A stretch of 64,000 nt of DNA, taken from the NCBI GenBank assembly GCA_963668675.2, contig CAXXMB010000002.1:128001-192000 (forward strand), read 5' to 3'. The notes under the pieces were generated by a model. The model was not told where the DNA came from, ran no database searches, and was given only the letters and a program-made list of their open reading frames with translations. This document shows, piece by piece, positions 51,700-61,518 of the stretch. The position numbers and the translations under genes are program-made. This DNA is from an uncultured Desulfatitalea sp. (GTDB taxonomy: Bacteria; Desulfobacterota; Desulfobacteria; Desulfobacterales; Desulfosarcinaceae). Every line of letters begins with the position of its first letter. Position 1 is the first letter of the stretch.

Positions 51700-52605
51700 A
51701 TGCGCAAGTTAGCTTTTGGATACTCGACCCGGTGCAACATCCGGTGCGCGCACTGCGTGGCCACTGAGGATACGCCAAACCGAAGACGGATGGATTTCGA
51801 TCAGGCCAAAGAGATCATCCTGGGGTTGGCCCGGGCCGGCGTCGGCGGCATCAGTTTCTCCGCCGGAGAACCCCTGCTCTATTTCGATGAGATTGCAGCG
51901 CTTGTGAACGTGTGCCGTCAGCTCGGCATCTATACAAGAGTTGTGACCAACAGTTATTGGGCTAAAACCGCCGATGCGTCGGACCGCCTGGTTGCTGAAC
52001 TGAAGGAAAACGGGCTTTGCCAATTGAGGCTGAGTTGCTCAAGATGGCATCAGGAACATGTCGACAAACGCAATGTGTTGAATGCGGCCCTGAGTTGCCA
52101 AAAGGTTGGACTCGATTATTTTATCTCATTCGTCACCGATTTTTCCAAAAGCGACGAACCTTATGAGCAGTATTTGCGTGATCATGGTCTCACCTACTTT
52201 CCGGAACCTGTCATCTATGCAGGTCGTGCGGACGGCTTCCCACGCCAGCGCCTCCGGACCGATTATCAGTCAAACTGCTGCGACATGAACCCCTATCTCA
52301 CTCCAGACTTGGACATGTACGCCTGTTGCGACGCGGGGACCTATTTCCCAGACACAAACTTTTTTCACCTCGGAAGTCTTGAAGACCATACAATCGAGCA
52401 ACTTTTCGCCAAAAGCGAAACAGACCGGTTGTACAACCTCATCAGAACCATGGGGATTACCAATATTGCATCGTTTGCCGGAATGAAATCACGGGAGATC
52501 ATCACCTATCGCAAATGCGACCTGTGCCGCAAACTGTTCGACTCTCCGGAAACGTTAGGAAGGCTGCGCGATGAGGTTTCACAATTAGAGGCCTGGCATC
52601 GGTAG
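51700..52605 (+). CDS. Radical SAM protein
   Basis: CNIRCAHC (CxxxCxxC), SAGEP, VTN, Cys-rich C-terminus (CC..CC..CDLC). Confidence 0.92.
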   Translation: MRKLAFGYSTRCNIRCAHCVATEDTPNRRRMDFDQAKEIILGLARAGVGGISFSAGEPLLYFDEIAALVNVCRQLGIYTRVVTNSYWAKTADASDRLVAELKENGLCQLRLSCSRWHQEHVDKRNVLNAALSCQKVGLDYFISFVTDFSKSDEPYEQYLRDHGLTYFPEPVIYAGRADGFPRQRLRTDYQSNCCDMNPYLTPDLDMYACCDAGTYFPDTNFFHLGSLEDHTIEQLFAKSETDRLYNLIRTMGITNIASFAGMKSREIITYRKCDLCRKLFDSPETLGRLRDEVSQLEAWHR

Positions 52606-52811
52606 TCTTTCAATTCATAGAAAAACATACAGCGTTCACATGGAAACCGACACTCGCCGTTCACCTTGGTTTGACGTTTGTATCAAAATGAGTCGGCTAT
52701 TTACCTGGACTGGCACTCTATTTCATTGTGATAAATACCGGTGTGGCATATGCAATAATCTCAAAACATCACCACTCTTCTTAAAGAGAATATGATCGGG
52801 ATTGGAGTATA

Positions 52812-53891
52812 TTGTTTTTAATTTCATTATTTGCTTTTACAGCTATTATCGCCACGTTCACGCTTTTACCATTATGGCGTCATGAAGCGTGGTGGGTGCG
52901 TTCCCTTGACTTTCCGCGCTTGCAGCTTTTGGTAATCTCCTTGTTAATGATTTTGATAGAAACGGTTGTGCTTGATCTGCGGTGCCCCTCAACATGGGGC
53001 CTGCTCATCGTCTCTCTGCTATGTTTGGTCTATCATGCATGGTGGATTGCGCCTTACACGCAGCTGTTTCCAGTGGAAGTTAAATCTGCGCTCAGTAGGG
53101 ATAGCAGCAGGACCGTCCGTATTATGACAGCTAACGTTTTAACCCCAAATCGCAATGCAGGGGCCCTGATTGAGCTGGTACGCGAGAATGCACCGCACAT
53201 TCTTGTCACATTGGAATCCGATTCATGGTGGCAGGCTCAATTGGACGAGTTGAAGCCAGACTACCCCTACACAGTTCGGTGTCCACTTGATAATCTATAT
53301 GGAATGCACGTTTACTCGACATTTCCGCTGACGAACAGCAAAATAGATTATTTGGTGGAGCCTGACATACCCTCTATCCACACATTGGTGAGCTTGCCAT
53401 CAGGGGATAAAATTCGGATTCATTTCCTGCATCCAGCACCACCTAGCCCAACACAAAACTTAGAGTCATCGGAAAGAGATGCAGAGCTCATAATAGTGGC
53501 CAGAAGCGTTGCACAAGCAGACGTTCCGGTCATTGTAACCGGAGATCTGAATGATGTGGCTTGGTCCGAGACGACCCGACTGTTTAGAAAGATTAGCGGA
53601 TTGCTCGACCCTCGTGTTGGGCGTGGCATGTTCAACACCTATCATGCCGGCTATTGGTTCTTGCGATGGCCTTTGGATCACCTGTTCCACAGCAACCACT
53701 TCACGCTCTCGTCTATTCGCCGTATAGGCGGCTTTGGCTCAGATCATTTTGCCCTTTTGACCGAATTGGTGTTCGAATCATGGCATGCCCTCAAGCAGAA
53801 TGGCCTTGAAGCCGATTCGAGCGATTTAGATTGGGCGAAGGCCAAAGCCGGGAACCAAGGTGTCAGCAAAAACGATGTGCCTCAACCGTAA
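52812..53891 (+). CDS. Membrane-anchored endonuclease/exonuclease/phosphatase (EEP) family protein
   Basis: N-terminal TMs, ANVL, HPAPP, GDLND, PLDHLF, GSDH. Confidence 0.92.
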   Translation: MFLISLFAFTAIIATFTLLPLWRHEAWWVRSLDFPRLQLLVISLLMILIETVVLDLRCPSTWGLLIVSLLCLVYHAWWIAPYTQLFPVEVKSALSRDSSRTVRIMTANVLTPNRNAGALIELVRENAPHILVTLESDSWWQAQLDELKPDYPYTVRCPLDNLYGMHVYSTFPLTNSKIDYLVEPDIPSIHTLVSLPSGDKIRIHFLHPAPPSPTQNLESSERDAELIIVARSVAQADVPVIVTGDLNDVAWSETTRLFRKISGLLDPRVGRGMFNTYHAGYWFLRWPLDHLFHSNHFTLSSIRRIGGFGSDHFALLTELVFESWHALKQNGLEADSSDLDWAKAKAGNQGVSKNDVPQP

Positions 53892-54034
53892 ACGTGCAGG
53901 CCAACGGACGGCACCTGAACCGCATGCTCGCTTCGAATACCTATTAACGATGAACATGATATGTTCTCCTCGATGTCGGGTTTAATGGAATCTGGCGCTA
54001 AATTATCAATAATCCGAACAATTAAGGTTCGATC

Positions 54035-54064
54035 TTGACATATGCATCCTTATAAAAATAAAAT
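54035..54064 (+). promoter_or_regulatory. Sigma-70 type promoter upstream of the Sel1/TPR block
   Basis: TTGACA-18 nt-TAAAAT. Confidence 0.5.
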
Positions 54065-54294
54065 TCGTTAATCGGTATCGTTTGATGCGAGATCTCACAC
54101 TAAATCCCATTCGCAACGTTTTCTAATTAAACCTGACAAGCGCTTTTCCAACTCTGAGTCCTCTCTCGGCTGAAATGGCTATCTGTTCCGCCGGAACAGC
54201 AAGGTTACCAGCATAGTGTCAATGAACTGGCGATATTCTGTATCTTGAAAATATCCTATAGGTTGATTTACGATCTATTAACAGGGTTAACATC

Positions 54295-55185
54295 ATGAAA
54301 AAACACCTATTTCATTATTTGGCGTTCTTCCTTTTAATCTACCTCAACACCTTTCCATCCGCATCTGCCATAGGCGAGGGGGCGGGCAGTATACCAGCAA
54401 CGAATGCATTCAATATCGGAAAATCACATTATCAATCGAAAAATTTTAGTGATGCGCTGCCATTTATGCAACGGGCGGCAGAAGCAGGGCATACTGAAGC
54501 GATGGACTATCTGGGCTACATGTACAAAAAGGGTCTTGGGGTGCCTGTAAACTACAACGAATCGTTGAAGTGGTATCACATGGCAGGGAAATTGGGTTAT
54601 TCGCCGGCAATGGTTAATGTCGGAGACTTTTACAGAGATGGTCTCGGAGTAAACCAAAATTATGATGAGGCCGTTGCCTGGTATCGGCGAGGATCAGAAG
54701 CGGGAGAACCGTGGGCAATGGGGGCGTTGGGCAGAATGTATGAGACAGGCAGAGGTGTTTCCAAAGATGATGTGATGGCGATACTCTGGTATCGAAAGGG
54801 TGCTGAAGGAGGGTACCCCTATGCAATGGCCGCCCTGGGTCGCATGTATCGGGATGGCAGGGGAACGGCTAAAGATCCTTCAAAAGCGCTGTATTGGCTT
54901 CAAAAAGGTGCCGAAGGAGGCGATACAAGAGCGATGGTCACCCTGGGATGCATGTATCGGGATGGTAAAGAAACAGCAAAGAATTATCAAAAAGCACTCT
55001 ATTGGTTTCAGAAGGGTGCGAATGAAGGCAATTCAAGAGCGATGGCCTGCCTGGGATACATGTATGAAAAAGGAACCGGCATTCAAAGAGATGTAGGGAA
55101 AGCACATCAATGGTATCTCAAAGCGGCCGCCCACGGAGACACATGGGCTGAACAGCATATTAAAAATATACTGAAGCGGCCATAA
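54295..55185 (+). CDS. Exported Sel1-like repeat protein
   Basis: Signal peptide, six full 36-aa repeats AM..LG.MY..G.G...D...A..W..K.A..G. Confidence 0.95.
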   Translation: MKKHLFHYLAFFLLIYLNTFPSASAIGEGAGSIPATNAFNIGKSHYQSKNFSDALPFMQRAAEAGHTEAMDYLGYMYKKGLGVPVNYNESLKWYHMAGKLGYSPAMVNVGDFYRDGLGVNQNYDEAVAWYRRGSEAGEPWAMGALGRMYETGRGVSKDDVMAILWYRKGAEGGYPYAMAALGRMYRDGRGTAKDPSKALYWLQKGAEGGDTRAMVTLGCMYRDGKETAKNYQKALYWFQKGANEGNSRAMACLGYMYEKGTGIQRDVGKAHQWYLKAAAHGDTWAEQHIKNILKRP

Positions 55186-55235
55186 GCCATAATGAAAAAA
55201 TCACAGGAGTCATCTTATGCCATAGGAGAAAAGAT

Positions 55236-55781
55236 ATGAATATCAACTCTTTCTTTCGATTATTATCATCATGCAGCATCATCATTTTGATTGCATCCAA
55301 TCCATGCTTTGCCGGTGAGCCCTTCAAAGCCACGCAAATGAAAGATGGGACTTACTTGTATGAATTTGAAGATGGCGTCAAATGCTACAAAAGGCCTGAC
55401 TATACAACATCAATTTCTGCAGACGGCTCAATTGCAATCAAAAGTATTTTTTCATTGGGAGGGTCACTCAACCAGAATATCCAGAAATTAAGAGAAGCTA
55501 GTCCCAAAACACAGGAATTTGAGGCCATCGCGTTTGATCTCTGTTTCGAGTTTGGAATGGGCAGAATTTCCGCCGCCGAATATAAAAAACGAAAATCTGA
55601 ATTGTGGGATGCTCAAAAGCAAATCATCTCTCCCGATGCTCAAAAAACAGATGCTGCTTCTTCAAGTCGAGAAATCCAGTCAGTACATCAAGAGTCCCAT
55701 GGTAGCCAGAGTCCCAATGTTTCAGGTGTAAAAGGCAATGTCATTATCAAATCCAATGTCAATAACGATGAAAAAGAATAA
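55236..55781 (+). CDS. Exported hypothetical protein with SHOCT-like segment and C-terminal Q-x3-G-x2-SPN motif
   Basis: AGGAG RBS, signal peptide ending PCFA, GRISAAEYKKRKSEL, low-complexity linker, terminal SVHQESHGSQSPNVSGVKGNVII. Confidence 0.8.
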   Translation: MNINSFFRLLSSCSIIILIASNPCFAGEPFKATQMKDGTYLYEFEDGVKCYKRPDYTTSISADGSIAIKSIFSLGGSLNQNIQKLREASPKTQEFEAIAFDLCFEFGMGRISAAEYKKRKSELWDAQKQIISPDAQKTDAASSSREIQSVHQESHGSQSPNVSGVKGNVIIKSNVNNDEKE

Positions 55782-57405
55782 GATTGAGCATTTTATCGTT
55801 TTGTCAGTCGTGCTCTTTTTTTTCAGCATGCCGGTATATGGGGAAACCATTGAACAGGTGACCTATGGGTGGTGCAGTCCCAATATCGCAAATGTCACAG
55901 GAGACGTCAGTATTATTTGTGTTGGCGTAGCGCCCAAAGCACTTCAAAAACTCAATGAAAATTTGAATCAGCTGAGAGCCAAGTATGATACGGCTATCGA
56001 AGAATTGGTAGCCAAGGCAGATAGATGGACACGCCATTACAATGAGCTGCGTGAAATGCCCCTTCATACAGCCAACCGTCCCAAAGAATTAGAAGAAATT
56101 GATCATTACATTCTGGACGGGGAATTGGACAAAGCCCTCGCAGGCATCAACGAAAAAATGGCGCAACGACATAAAGAGTCGGGCTATCTTGCAGAATTGT
56201 ATTACATGCGCGGCAATGTTCATTTCTTGAATTTGACCTTCGAAAAAGCGATCGCCCAATTTGAGCTCGCGTACGAACTTTATCCATCCAATCCCAAATA
56301 TTTATTCGCATACACCGATACACTAATTCAAAACGGGCAGGAGTTAAAAGCTGAAACCGAATTGAACAAGATGTTGCCTCATTTGCGTAAGCTTTCTACC
56401 AGCGGTTCGGTGGAAGATCATATTTGGATATTTCGGGCGATGGATCTTCTTGGTCTGATCTACGTCAATCGCAGTGACCACGCGAACCTCGAAAGGATCA
56501 GTCGGGAAACATTCGATGTTCTCAATGATATGGCAAACGCTCCTACAGCCGATCAGCAGTATGAAACCTCCGGTGTGATCAGCACAATCACCTTTTCATT
56601 AGGCAGGAATCACCTCACGGTTGGCAAACTCGATGCAGCTGAAAAATTTTTAGGATCAGCTTTCGGTTTTTCACTATATGCTTGTGAAAAATTGAATGCC
56701 TCGTATTGTATCACAGCAGCTATGTCAGCCACCTTAAGTGCCGTATGCGATATGCGGAAGAAAAATTATGATAGAGCCATCAAACGATTCCAGCTCGCAT
56801 TGGATACAATGGCTATGATGAATATAGATACATCCGTTAAAAATGAATTTAAGGTAGGGACACTCATCCAGAAGGCGGATTGTCACCTGTTTGTCGGCGA
56901 AAAAAAGGCGGCCAGAGATTGCTGGCTTGCCACCCTCAATATATATAATTCTGGCCAAGTATTCGGGGACAGCCATAAAGCGTATATTGCCCATGCATAC
57001 ACGAAGCTCGGTGAATTCTTGTCTATTGAAGGGAAACGTCCAGAAGCAGAAAGCCACTTCCAAAAAGCTTTATCGCTGACGTCAAATTCTGCAGTAACAG
57101 CGGCGGAGACGGAAAAAGCCTTGGCGATGATTAATTTAGGGAGTCTGTACGCTATCCAGCAAAAATTTGCCAATGCACTTTCCTATTGCGATCAAGCGAT
57201 TACCATTTTCAGGAAGCACTGGCTATCAGCTCCAGATGATTGTAAGGATTTTTATGCCCGCAGCCTGTTTGTTTCAGGAAACACATACCTTTTAATTGGT
57301 AACAAAAACAAAGGTTGCGATAATCTATCCAAGGTCTACGCTGTAGCACCTGACGGGAAGTGGAGTAATCTCACCACAAAAGTGTTTTCAACCAGCTGCC
57401 AGTAG
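55768..57405 (+). CDS. Exported tetratricopeptide repeat protein with N-terminal motif and coiled coil
   Basis: Signal peptide MKKNK..PVYG, TIEQVTYGWCSPNIANVTGDVSII, heptad stretch, TPR units (YYMRGNVH..AIAQFELAYELYP; NLGSLY..ALSYCDQAI). Confidence 0.88.
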   Translation: MKKNKIEHFIVLSVVLFFFSMPVYGETIEQVTYGWCSPNIANVTGDVSIICVGVAPKALQKLNENLNQLRAKYDTAIEELVAKADRWTRHYNELREMPLHTANRPKELEEIDHYILDGELDKALAGINEKMAQRHKESGYLAELYYMRGNVHFLNLTFEKAIAQFELAYELYPSNPKYLFAYTDTLIQNGQELKAETELNKMLPHLRKLSTSGSVEDHIWIFRAMDLLGLIYVNRSDHANLERISRETFDVLNDMANAPTADQQYETSGVISTITFSLGRNHLTVGKLDAAEKFLGSAFGFSLYACEKLNASYCITAAMSATLSAVCDMRKKNYDRAIKRFQLALDTMAMMNIDTSVKNEFKVGTLIQKADCHLFVGEKKAARDCWLATLNIYNSGQVFGDSHKAYIAHAYTKLGEFLSIEGKRPEAESHFQKALSLTSNSAVTAAETEKALAMINLGSLYAIQQKFANALSYCDQAITIFRKHWLSAPDDCKDFYARSLFVSGNTYLLIGNKNKGCDNLSKVYAVAPDGKWSNLTTKVFSTSCQ

Positions 57406-57651
57406 TGGAGAACCTTCAGTGCATCCTGAAAAATGGGGGGGATCGAGATTAAAACCGTAAATTGATCTATGATACGGTTCGAACCGGGCAATCGCATCTG
57501 CTGAAATGATATACACACCCCACAAAAGCCACCTTAGTAAGGCAGTGTCTTTGTAAGCGCTTGGACAAACAATCAGCCGCTATATCGATTAAGACCAGGT
57601 CGAATCTTGACTCATTCCAATATTCAGAATAGATCAAGGGCAGACCTGACC

Positions 57652-57893
57652 ATTTAGGACAGGCCAAAGAGATCATTTTCGGACTGGACCGGACCGGCGT
57701 CCGGCGGCACAAGCTTTTCCACCGGCAAGCCGCTGCTCTATTTCGATGATATGGCAGCGCACGTGAAGGTGTGCGGACAACTTAGCATTTATGCGCGTGC
57801 AGTGACCAACAGTTTCTGGGCCAAAACCGCCGGGGCATCCGACCACCTGGTTTCTGAGATGAGGCGTCACAATTAGAAGCCTGGTGCCGATAG
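57652..57893 (+). pseudogene. Degenerate, internally deleted copy of the radical SAM gene at 51700-52605
   Basis: Clear nucleotide similarity to about 51794-51998 (CAGGCCAAAGAGATCAT, CTGCTCTATTTCGATGA, GTGACCAACAGTT) joined directly to a match of 52570-52605 (GATGAGG..TCACAATTAGA.GCCTGG..TAG). Confidence 0.88.
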
Positions 57894-58181
57894 TACTTCT
57901 GTTCATGGTAATAGCTACACTGATAACATGAACTAACATAGTCGAATTTCACCACTGCTTGACGGTTGAACTAAAATGAGTTGCCCACGCGGTCCGCAAC
58001 ATCTCCGAAATATACCGTGCGGCGTCGAATACACCAGCTGGAATGGGAAAATAGTGAAGAGACCCCATTGGCATCCCACGCTTGGCTCTATAGCGTATTG
58101 GTCATAATGCACGAATCAATGGTCACGGTCCGGGTGACCTTCGGCAAATAAATCGAACTGGCGCGACAAGGAAAAACGTGA

Positions 58182-59189
58182 ATGGAAGAACCCATCGGCA
58201 AATTCGTTCCTGTGGTTGAAAAGCTCAAAAAACTGAATCGCGTTGCCGGCGCCGGGGACCGTTTGGCTATCCTGGTGAATGCGGACCCCGACGCCCTTGC
58301 CTGTGCCATGGCTCTCAAGCGCCTGTACTGGCGCAAAGTCAGACCGGTGCGCATATTCCGCATCAATCGTATCGATCGTGCTGACAATCTGGCATTCGTC
58401 AAACTGCTCAACATCCGTCACAGTCACATCCGCGCACTCAAAAAATCTGAGTTTAACAAGTGGGCATTGGTCGATTCACAGCCGTCCCACGACGAACAAT
58501 TCGCAGGGATCAATTTTGACGTGATCATCGATCACCATCCTCGCACCGCCGGCCTTAAAGCAAACTTCATCGACATCAAGGAGGACTACGGTGCTGCAGC
58601 GACCCTGATGACCGAATATATCAGAGCCGCCAAAATCAAACCCTCACCGCGGCTGGCAACGGCTCTATTCTATGCCATTAAAACCGACACGGATAATTTT
58701 GTTCGACCGACGATGGACAGGGATATGATCGCATTTCGCTATCTATACGACTATGCCAACATGAATATCATCAAAAAAATAGAATCTTCTGAAATCACTA
58801 GAGCGATGCTCTCCCGGTTTCAGCAAGCCATGCAGAAGGTTCAGTTTGTCAACCAGATCGCCGTCGTTCACATGGGAGTGGTGAACAAACCCGATACGCT
58901 GGTTCAAATAGCTGACTTTTTTCTTAAAATTGCTGAAGCGACATGGAGTATCGTTTCAGGAATATCCGGAAATCGATTGATTGTCGTCTTCCGCAATGCC
59001 GGCTTCAGGCGCAATGCCGGAAAAATGGCCCGTGATCTGTTCGGCGACGTGGGATCTGCCGGCGGTCACAAGGCCTCTGCAAGAGCTGAAATTCCCTTGA
59101 AAAACATCGCCTGCGGATCGGGAGATGATGACCACTGCCGGCAATATGTCATGCATCGGATCAGGAAGGCATCAAAGGGCATCAATTGA
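58182..59189 (+). CDS. DHH family phosphoesterase
   Basis: ADPDA, LVDSQP, IIDHHP, AIKTDT, SAGGH. Confidence 0.93.
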   Translation: MEEPIGKFVPVVEKLKKLNRVAGAGDRLAILVNADPDALACAMALKRLYWRKVRPVRIFRINRIDRADNLAFVKLLNIRHSHIRALKKSEFNKWALVDSQPSHDEQFAGINFDVIIDHHPRTAGLKANFIDIKEDYGAAATLMTEYIRAAKIKPSPRLATALFYAIKTDTDNFVRPTMDRDMIAFRYLYDYANMNIIKKIESSEITRAMLSRFQQAMQKVQFVNQIAVVHMGVVNKPDTLVQIADFFLKIAEATWSIVSGISGNRLIVVFRNAGFRRNAGKMARDLFGDVGSAGGHKASARAEIPLKNIACGSGDDDHCRQYVMHRIRKASKGIN

Positions 59190-59626
59190 CGCCCTGGTTA
59201 AACATAATTCCGCCGCCTGGTATGGGGGCAGGCTGGCTGTAGATTTGGTATTACTTTAAAATTTCAAAGTAAAAACGCTTTCGGCGCTGGGGCATATTGC
59301 AACCCGCCCAACAACCCCATTTGGAGAAGCCGAAGGAGGCAATTTTTGCACTATAAAGGTCCCATCTACCGATCGGCCAAGTGAAGCTGACAGCCTGTTG
59401 ATTCAGGCGACGGTAGGTTGCCCCTAACAACAGATGCACTTTTTGCCTGATGTTATAAAAAAGGGCCCACGGTCCTAAGTCCGCCTGGTGCGTGACATTT
59501 GTCCGGACATCGACATTGTACCCGACTTTGTGCGCTTAAGAACCCTGGTTCTAAGTATCAACACTTCATTAATTTACCAGATCAACGAAGAATCACAAAT
59601 TTTCTCCAGTAACAAGGGGAGCCTCA

Positions 59627-60124
59627 ATGATAAACAAACCGACAATAACGCAGATCTTGTTTGCAACAGATTTGTCTGAAAATGCCAACTGCGCTTTTGG
59701 CTATGCGACGAGCATGGCTGATGCATATGGTGCATCAGTAACCGTTCTGCATGTGCTTGAAAAAATACCGCCTAAAGCAGAATTGATGCTTGCTCTTTTA
59801 TTAGAATACCGGGATGTGGATGAATTAAGACAAAAGAATCAGACAGATCTCATCAAACACATTCAAACTCGCATCGAACGATTTTGCTCAGAAGCTGTTG
59901 ATCAAATCCCTGAGTGTCGAATTATACTTCAAAAAATAATCGTCGAGCCGGGCAAGGCTGCGGATCGTATTATCCATCACACTGCGACAGGCGTCTATGA
60001 TGCATTGGTCATAGGCAGTCGAGGACACAGCCCTATCCAAGAGGCTTTATTAGGCGGCACAGCTCATAAAGTATTGCATAGATGCCGTGTACCTGTATTC
60101 GTTGTTCCCTTATTGAACGAGTAG
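59627..60124 (+). CDS. Universal stress protein
   Basis: ILFATDLS, VLHV, VIGSRGH..LLGGTAHKVL..PVFVVP. Confidence 0.94.
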   Translation: MINKPTITQILFATDLSENANCAFGYATSMADAYGASVTVLHVLEKIPPKAELMLALLLEYRDVDELRQKNQTDLIKHIQTRIERFCSEAVDQIPECRIILQKIIVEPGKAADRIIHHTATGVYDALVIGSRGHSPIQEALLGGTAHKVLHRCRVPVFVVPLLNE

Positions 60125-60212
60125 GAAATTGGTTGTTTTTTTGATTTCTTAGTGGAAAACCCGACTGAGATGATTGTGGTTGAGCTGTGGGACTACTGCT
60201 CAACCCATTAGA

Positions 60213-60881
60213 CTATCTGGCAATCATAGCCCGCATCATATCACCAGCGTTCTCGGCATGATCTGCGGTGGAACCGATTGTCTCTGTCAAGCGTACGAGG
60301 TGAAAAACGGTAATCGGGTCTGTGGAAAAATGGAAAATTTTCCTCTTAATCGTATCTTCGAGTATGTCCGCTTCATGTTCCATTTCACGCAGGTTCACGA
60401 TGATCTTTTTTACTAACGCACGCTGCTTTTGATTATAGGTTTGAAAATACTTTTGCGCTTCGCCGATCATGTTGCCGAGCTCTTCAATAGGATCGATAAC
60501 GGCATTCACCAACAGAAAAAAATCTTTTTCCAATTCGACGGGAATACCCGTTTCCGATCGATATGAAATCCAGTCCAGTGCGTCTTCCATCGCATCCATA
60601 ACACCGTCTTGCTCCCTCAGGTATCGGAAGAGCTGGAATTTGCTGACCGGCATCAATGTACCCACGGGCAGATGGCCTCGGATGCGGCGTTTGATGGCAT
60701 CGGCTTCGCTCTCCAGACGTGTGACATCTTTTCTGAATGCTTCGAAGGTCTGGCATCTGTGCGAAATATAGCACTCTATGGCCTGCTGAAAAGCCCATGC
60801 GCACTCTTTGGTTTTTAAGGCGTGTTCCATTATACCCTCAAAGGGAGAGGTCAGAAACATACTCAATAAAGGGATACGCAT
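60213..60881 (-). CDS. DUF47/TIGR00153 Pit-accessory (PhoU-like) protein
   Basis: SPF..H, LESEADAIKR, QD..D..ED, EHEAD, ADHAENAGD; sits directly downstream of a pit remnant. Confidence 0.92.
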   Translation of the reverse strand: MRIPLLSMFLTSPFEGIMEHALKTKECAWAFQQAIECYISHRCQTFEAFRKDVTRLESEADAIKRRIRGHLPVGTLMPVSKFQLFRYLREQDGVMDAMEDALDWISYRSETGIPVELEKDFFLLVNAVIDPIEELGNMIGEAQKYFQTYNQKQRALVKKIIVNLREMEHEADILEDTIKRKIFHFSTDPITVFHLVRLTETIGSTADHAENAGDMMRAMIAR

Positions 60882-60890
60882 TGGACCTCC

Positions 60891-61218
60891 TTACTGCCAG
60901 ATTAATCTCAATATATAAATAATCAGCATGCTGGTTATAGCGGCCGCCGGTAAGGTAAGAACTCAGTATATCATGATTTGAAAAACAATTCTAAAATTTA
61001 ACGCCTCTATGCCCCTGGCCAATCCAAACCCCATCACACCACCCACTGCCGCATGGGTTGTCGATACGGGCAGCCCCAATTTAGAATCAAGAAGCACTGC
61101 CGACAAACCCAGGAGATCATCGTAATGAAGCAGCCAAAGCATCGTTGGCACCGATGTTCCAGGACATGTAAAAATCAAAAACGTAACCGATTACCAGGAT
61201 TATGTATTCACTGGGCAT
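60891..61218 (-). pseudogene. pit: Inorganic phosphate transporter (PiT family) remnant
   Basis: MPSEYIILVIGYVFDFYMSWNIGANDA (PiT N-terminal GAND motif) stops after 33 codons; another frame gives the C-terminal block LGLPVSTTHAAVGGVMGFGL..IY*VLTLP..IWQ* with a premature TGA. Confidence 0.9.
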
Positions 61219-61518
61219 TAGCTCAGATGATTCTCCTATAGCGATTCATTACGGATCAGAGGCCGGCATGCACTGCTCAAAAGCGCCCAAAGGGAAAGTG
61301 TACGGCTTTGATACCACGCGAAAATTACATTGCAGAGAAAAATAAAGGCGAATCAGAGAAACGAATATGTTCAATGCCACATGGTCGTTGGGGTGTAGCT
61401 GATCGTATTGATGGGAAGGTCTTGATCACATACCAATACCGCATTTTCGACGCATAATATACCCTTTGCCACTAGCACCCGCTCCAAACCCCTTTTATCA
61501 CTTTAACAATTTACTTAC

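Noticed and set aside
54480..55130. 108-bp periodic DNA repeats
   Set aside because: They are the coding Sel1 repeats, not a CRISPR array or non-coding repeat.
57473..57490. GGTTCGAACC resembling a tRNA T-loop or att site at the island edge
   Set aside because: No proper 5-bp T-stem, acceptor stem or CCA; no integrase nearby.
60963..60965. In-frame TGA in the pit C-terminal block as possible selenocysteine
   Set aside because: Falls at a position where Trp is expected (W-V-L-T-L-P), no clear downstream hairpin, and the gene is otherwise broken.
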